A stretch of 64,000 nt of DNA. Source: Antechinus flavipes. Taxonomy: Eukaryota. A program made the translations under genes and the position numbers. How positions within the stretch are numbered: position 1 is the first letter of the stretch; every line of letters begins with the position of its first letter. The DNA lies in assembly GCF_016432865.1 (NCBI RefSeq), contig NC_067399.1, positions 496,868,001 to 496,932,000 of the forward strand. Reading direction: 5' to 3'. The notes beneath the pieces are model-generated. The model had not been told where the DNA came from. It saw nothing but the letters and a program-made list of their open reading frames with translations, and did no database searches. Below are positions 63,213 to 64,000 of the stretch, piece after piece.

Positions 63213-63369
63213 TTTTTTTTTTTTTTTTTTTTTACCTGAGGCAACTGGATTTAAGTGACCTGCCCAGGGTCATGCAGCTAGGAAGTGTTAAGTTTCTAGG
63301 GGCAGATTTGAACTCAGGTACTCCTGACTTCAGGGCTGGTGCTCTACCCACTATGCAACCTAGCTGCCC
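63213..63369 (-). mobile_element. WSINE1-like SINE with poly(A)
   Basis: T run, then cctgaggcaactggatttaagtgacctgcccagggtc...tttgaactcag...cctagctgccc. Flanks tctagagagtt and tctagaggttt resemble a decayed TSD. Confidence 0.85.
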
Positions 63370-64000
63370 GGCTTCTAGAGGTTTTAAAGGAGAGAATCTG
63401 AAGAAGAAAGACTTGAGGTCAATAGAAAGTTTGTGAGGTAAGTTTAGGATCAGAAGTCCCTGGATAGACATCAGGAAGAGTGAGTGAAAATAACAATGAT
63501 GGCTAAATTTATATTGTGTTTATGATGTACCAGGGACTATGCTAAGGGCTTTAGTTATTCCATGTGATCCTCACAATAGTTTTGGGAGATAAATATTGTT
63601 ATTTTCCTCATTTTACAGATTAGAAAACGGAGTATCCTTAAGGAGTAAGACACTGGCTCCCCTTACCCCTGAATCCCACAGCCTCCTATCCCCAAAAGGC
63701 TAAAGAAAACAGAAGCACCTGAAAGGGAGTAAATAAAGACAGATACCAGTTTAAAATATGCCCATTAGGAATAGTTCCCCATTCTCCTGGAGATCTTACT
63801 CAGTATCCATGTCACAGCTCTAGCCAACCACTTAGAAGTTCATGCTGATCCTTGGACTAGGAAACATTCTCTTTCTTTTGTCCTTTGTCTTCAACCTCTT
63901 CTTCCTCATTCAGTTTTTTCCTAATTCTCCCTCCAGTAATGTTCTGAGTTATCCTATTGCTCTCATTTCTTCTCACCCTCCTTTTTGCCCCATATACATA

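Noticed and set aside
54700-64000. A neighbouring gene upstream of COL27A1
   Set aside because: Only SINE and LINE relics and short random ORFs. No exon recognised.
1-64000. CRISPR array, prokaryotic operon or defence system
   Set aside because: Mammalian intron-rich DNA. The only regular arrays are microsatellites and a SINE-derived minisatellite without unique spacers.

Overview
This window is vertebrate genomic DNA, not microbial. WSINE1-, MAR1- and MIR-type CORE-SINEs, L2 and marsupial-type L1 ends point to a marsupial, probably Australidelphian and possibly a dasyurid; the species is an inference. It holds the 5' part of the fibrillar collagen gene COL27A1 on the minus strand. Seven coding exons were resolved by hand with GT-AG boundaries and consistent phase: exon 1 52097-52149, exon 2 44141-44211, exon 3 35852-37764, and four 54-bp Gly-X-Y exons at 24100-24153, 18790-18843, 3734-3787 and 1908-1961. 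The gene continues beyond position 1. A CpG-rich promoter region spans about 51.7-54.7 kb. The rest is repeat-rich intron and upstream DNA with two assembly gaps. I found no CRISPR, prokaryotic-type or wholly new gene system. The best leads are: (1) a second identical splice donor 18 nt into intron 5, apparently SINE-derived, that would add VGICCQ in frame near the start of the triple helix; (2) a candidate TATA promoter and non-coding exon about 2.2 kb upstream of the ATG; (3) a stack of uORFs before the ATG; (4) a full-length 7SL retrocopy; (5) a poly(A)-only retroinsertion with a 13-bp target-site duplication; (6) an old ~436-bp tandem duplication next to exon 2; and (7) an L2 nested inside an L1. 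Repeat boundaries are approximate, repeat subfamily names are by eye, and comparisons with human COL27A1 are from memory.
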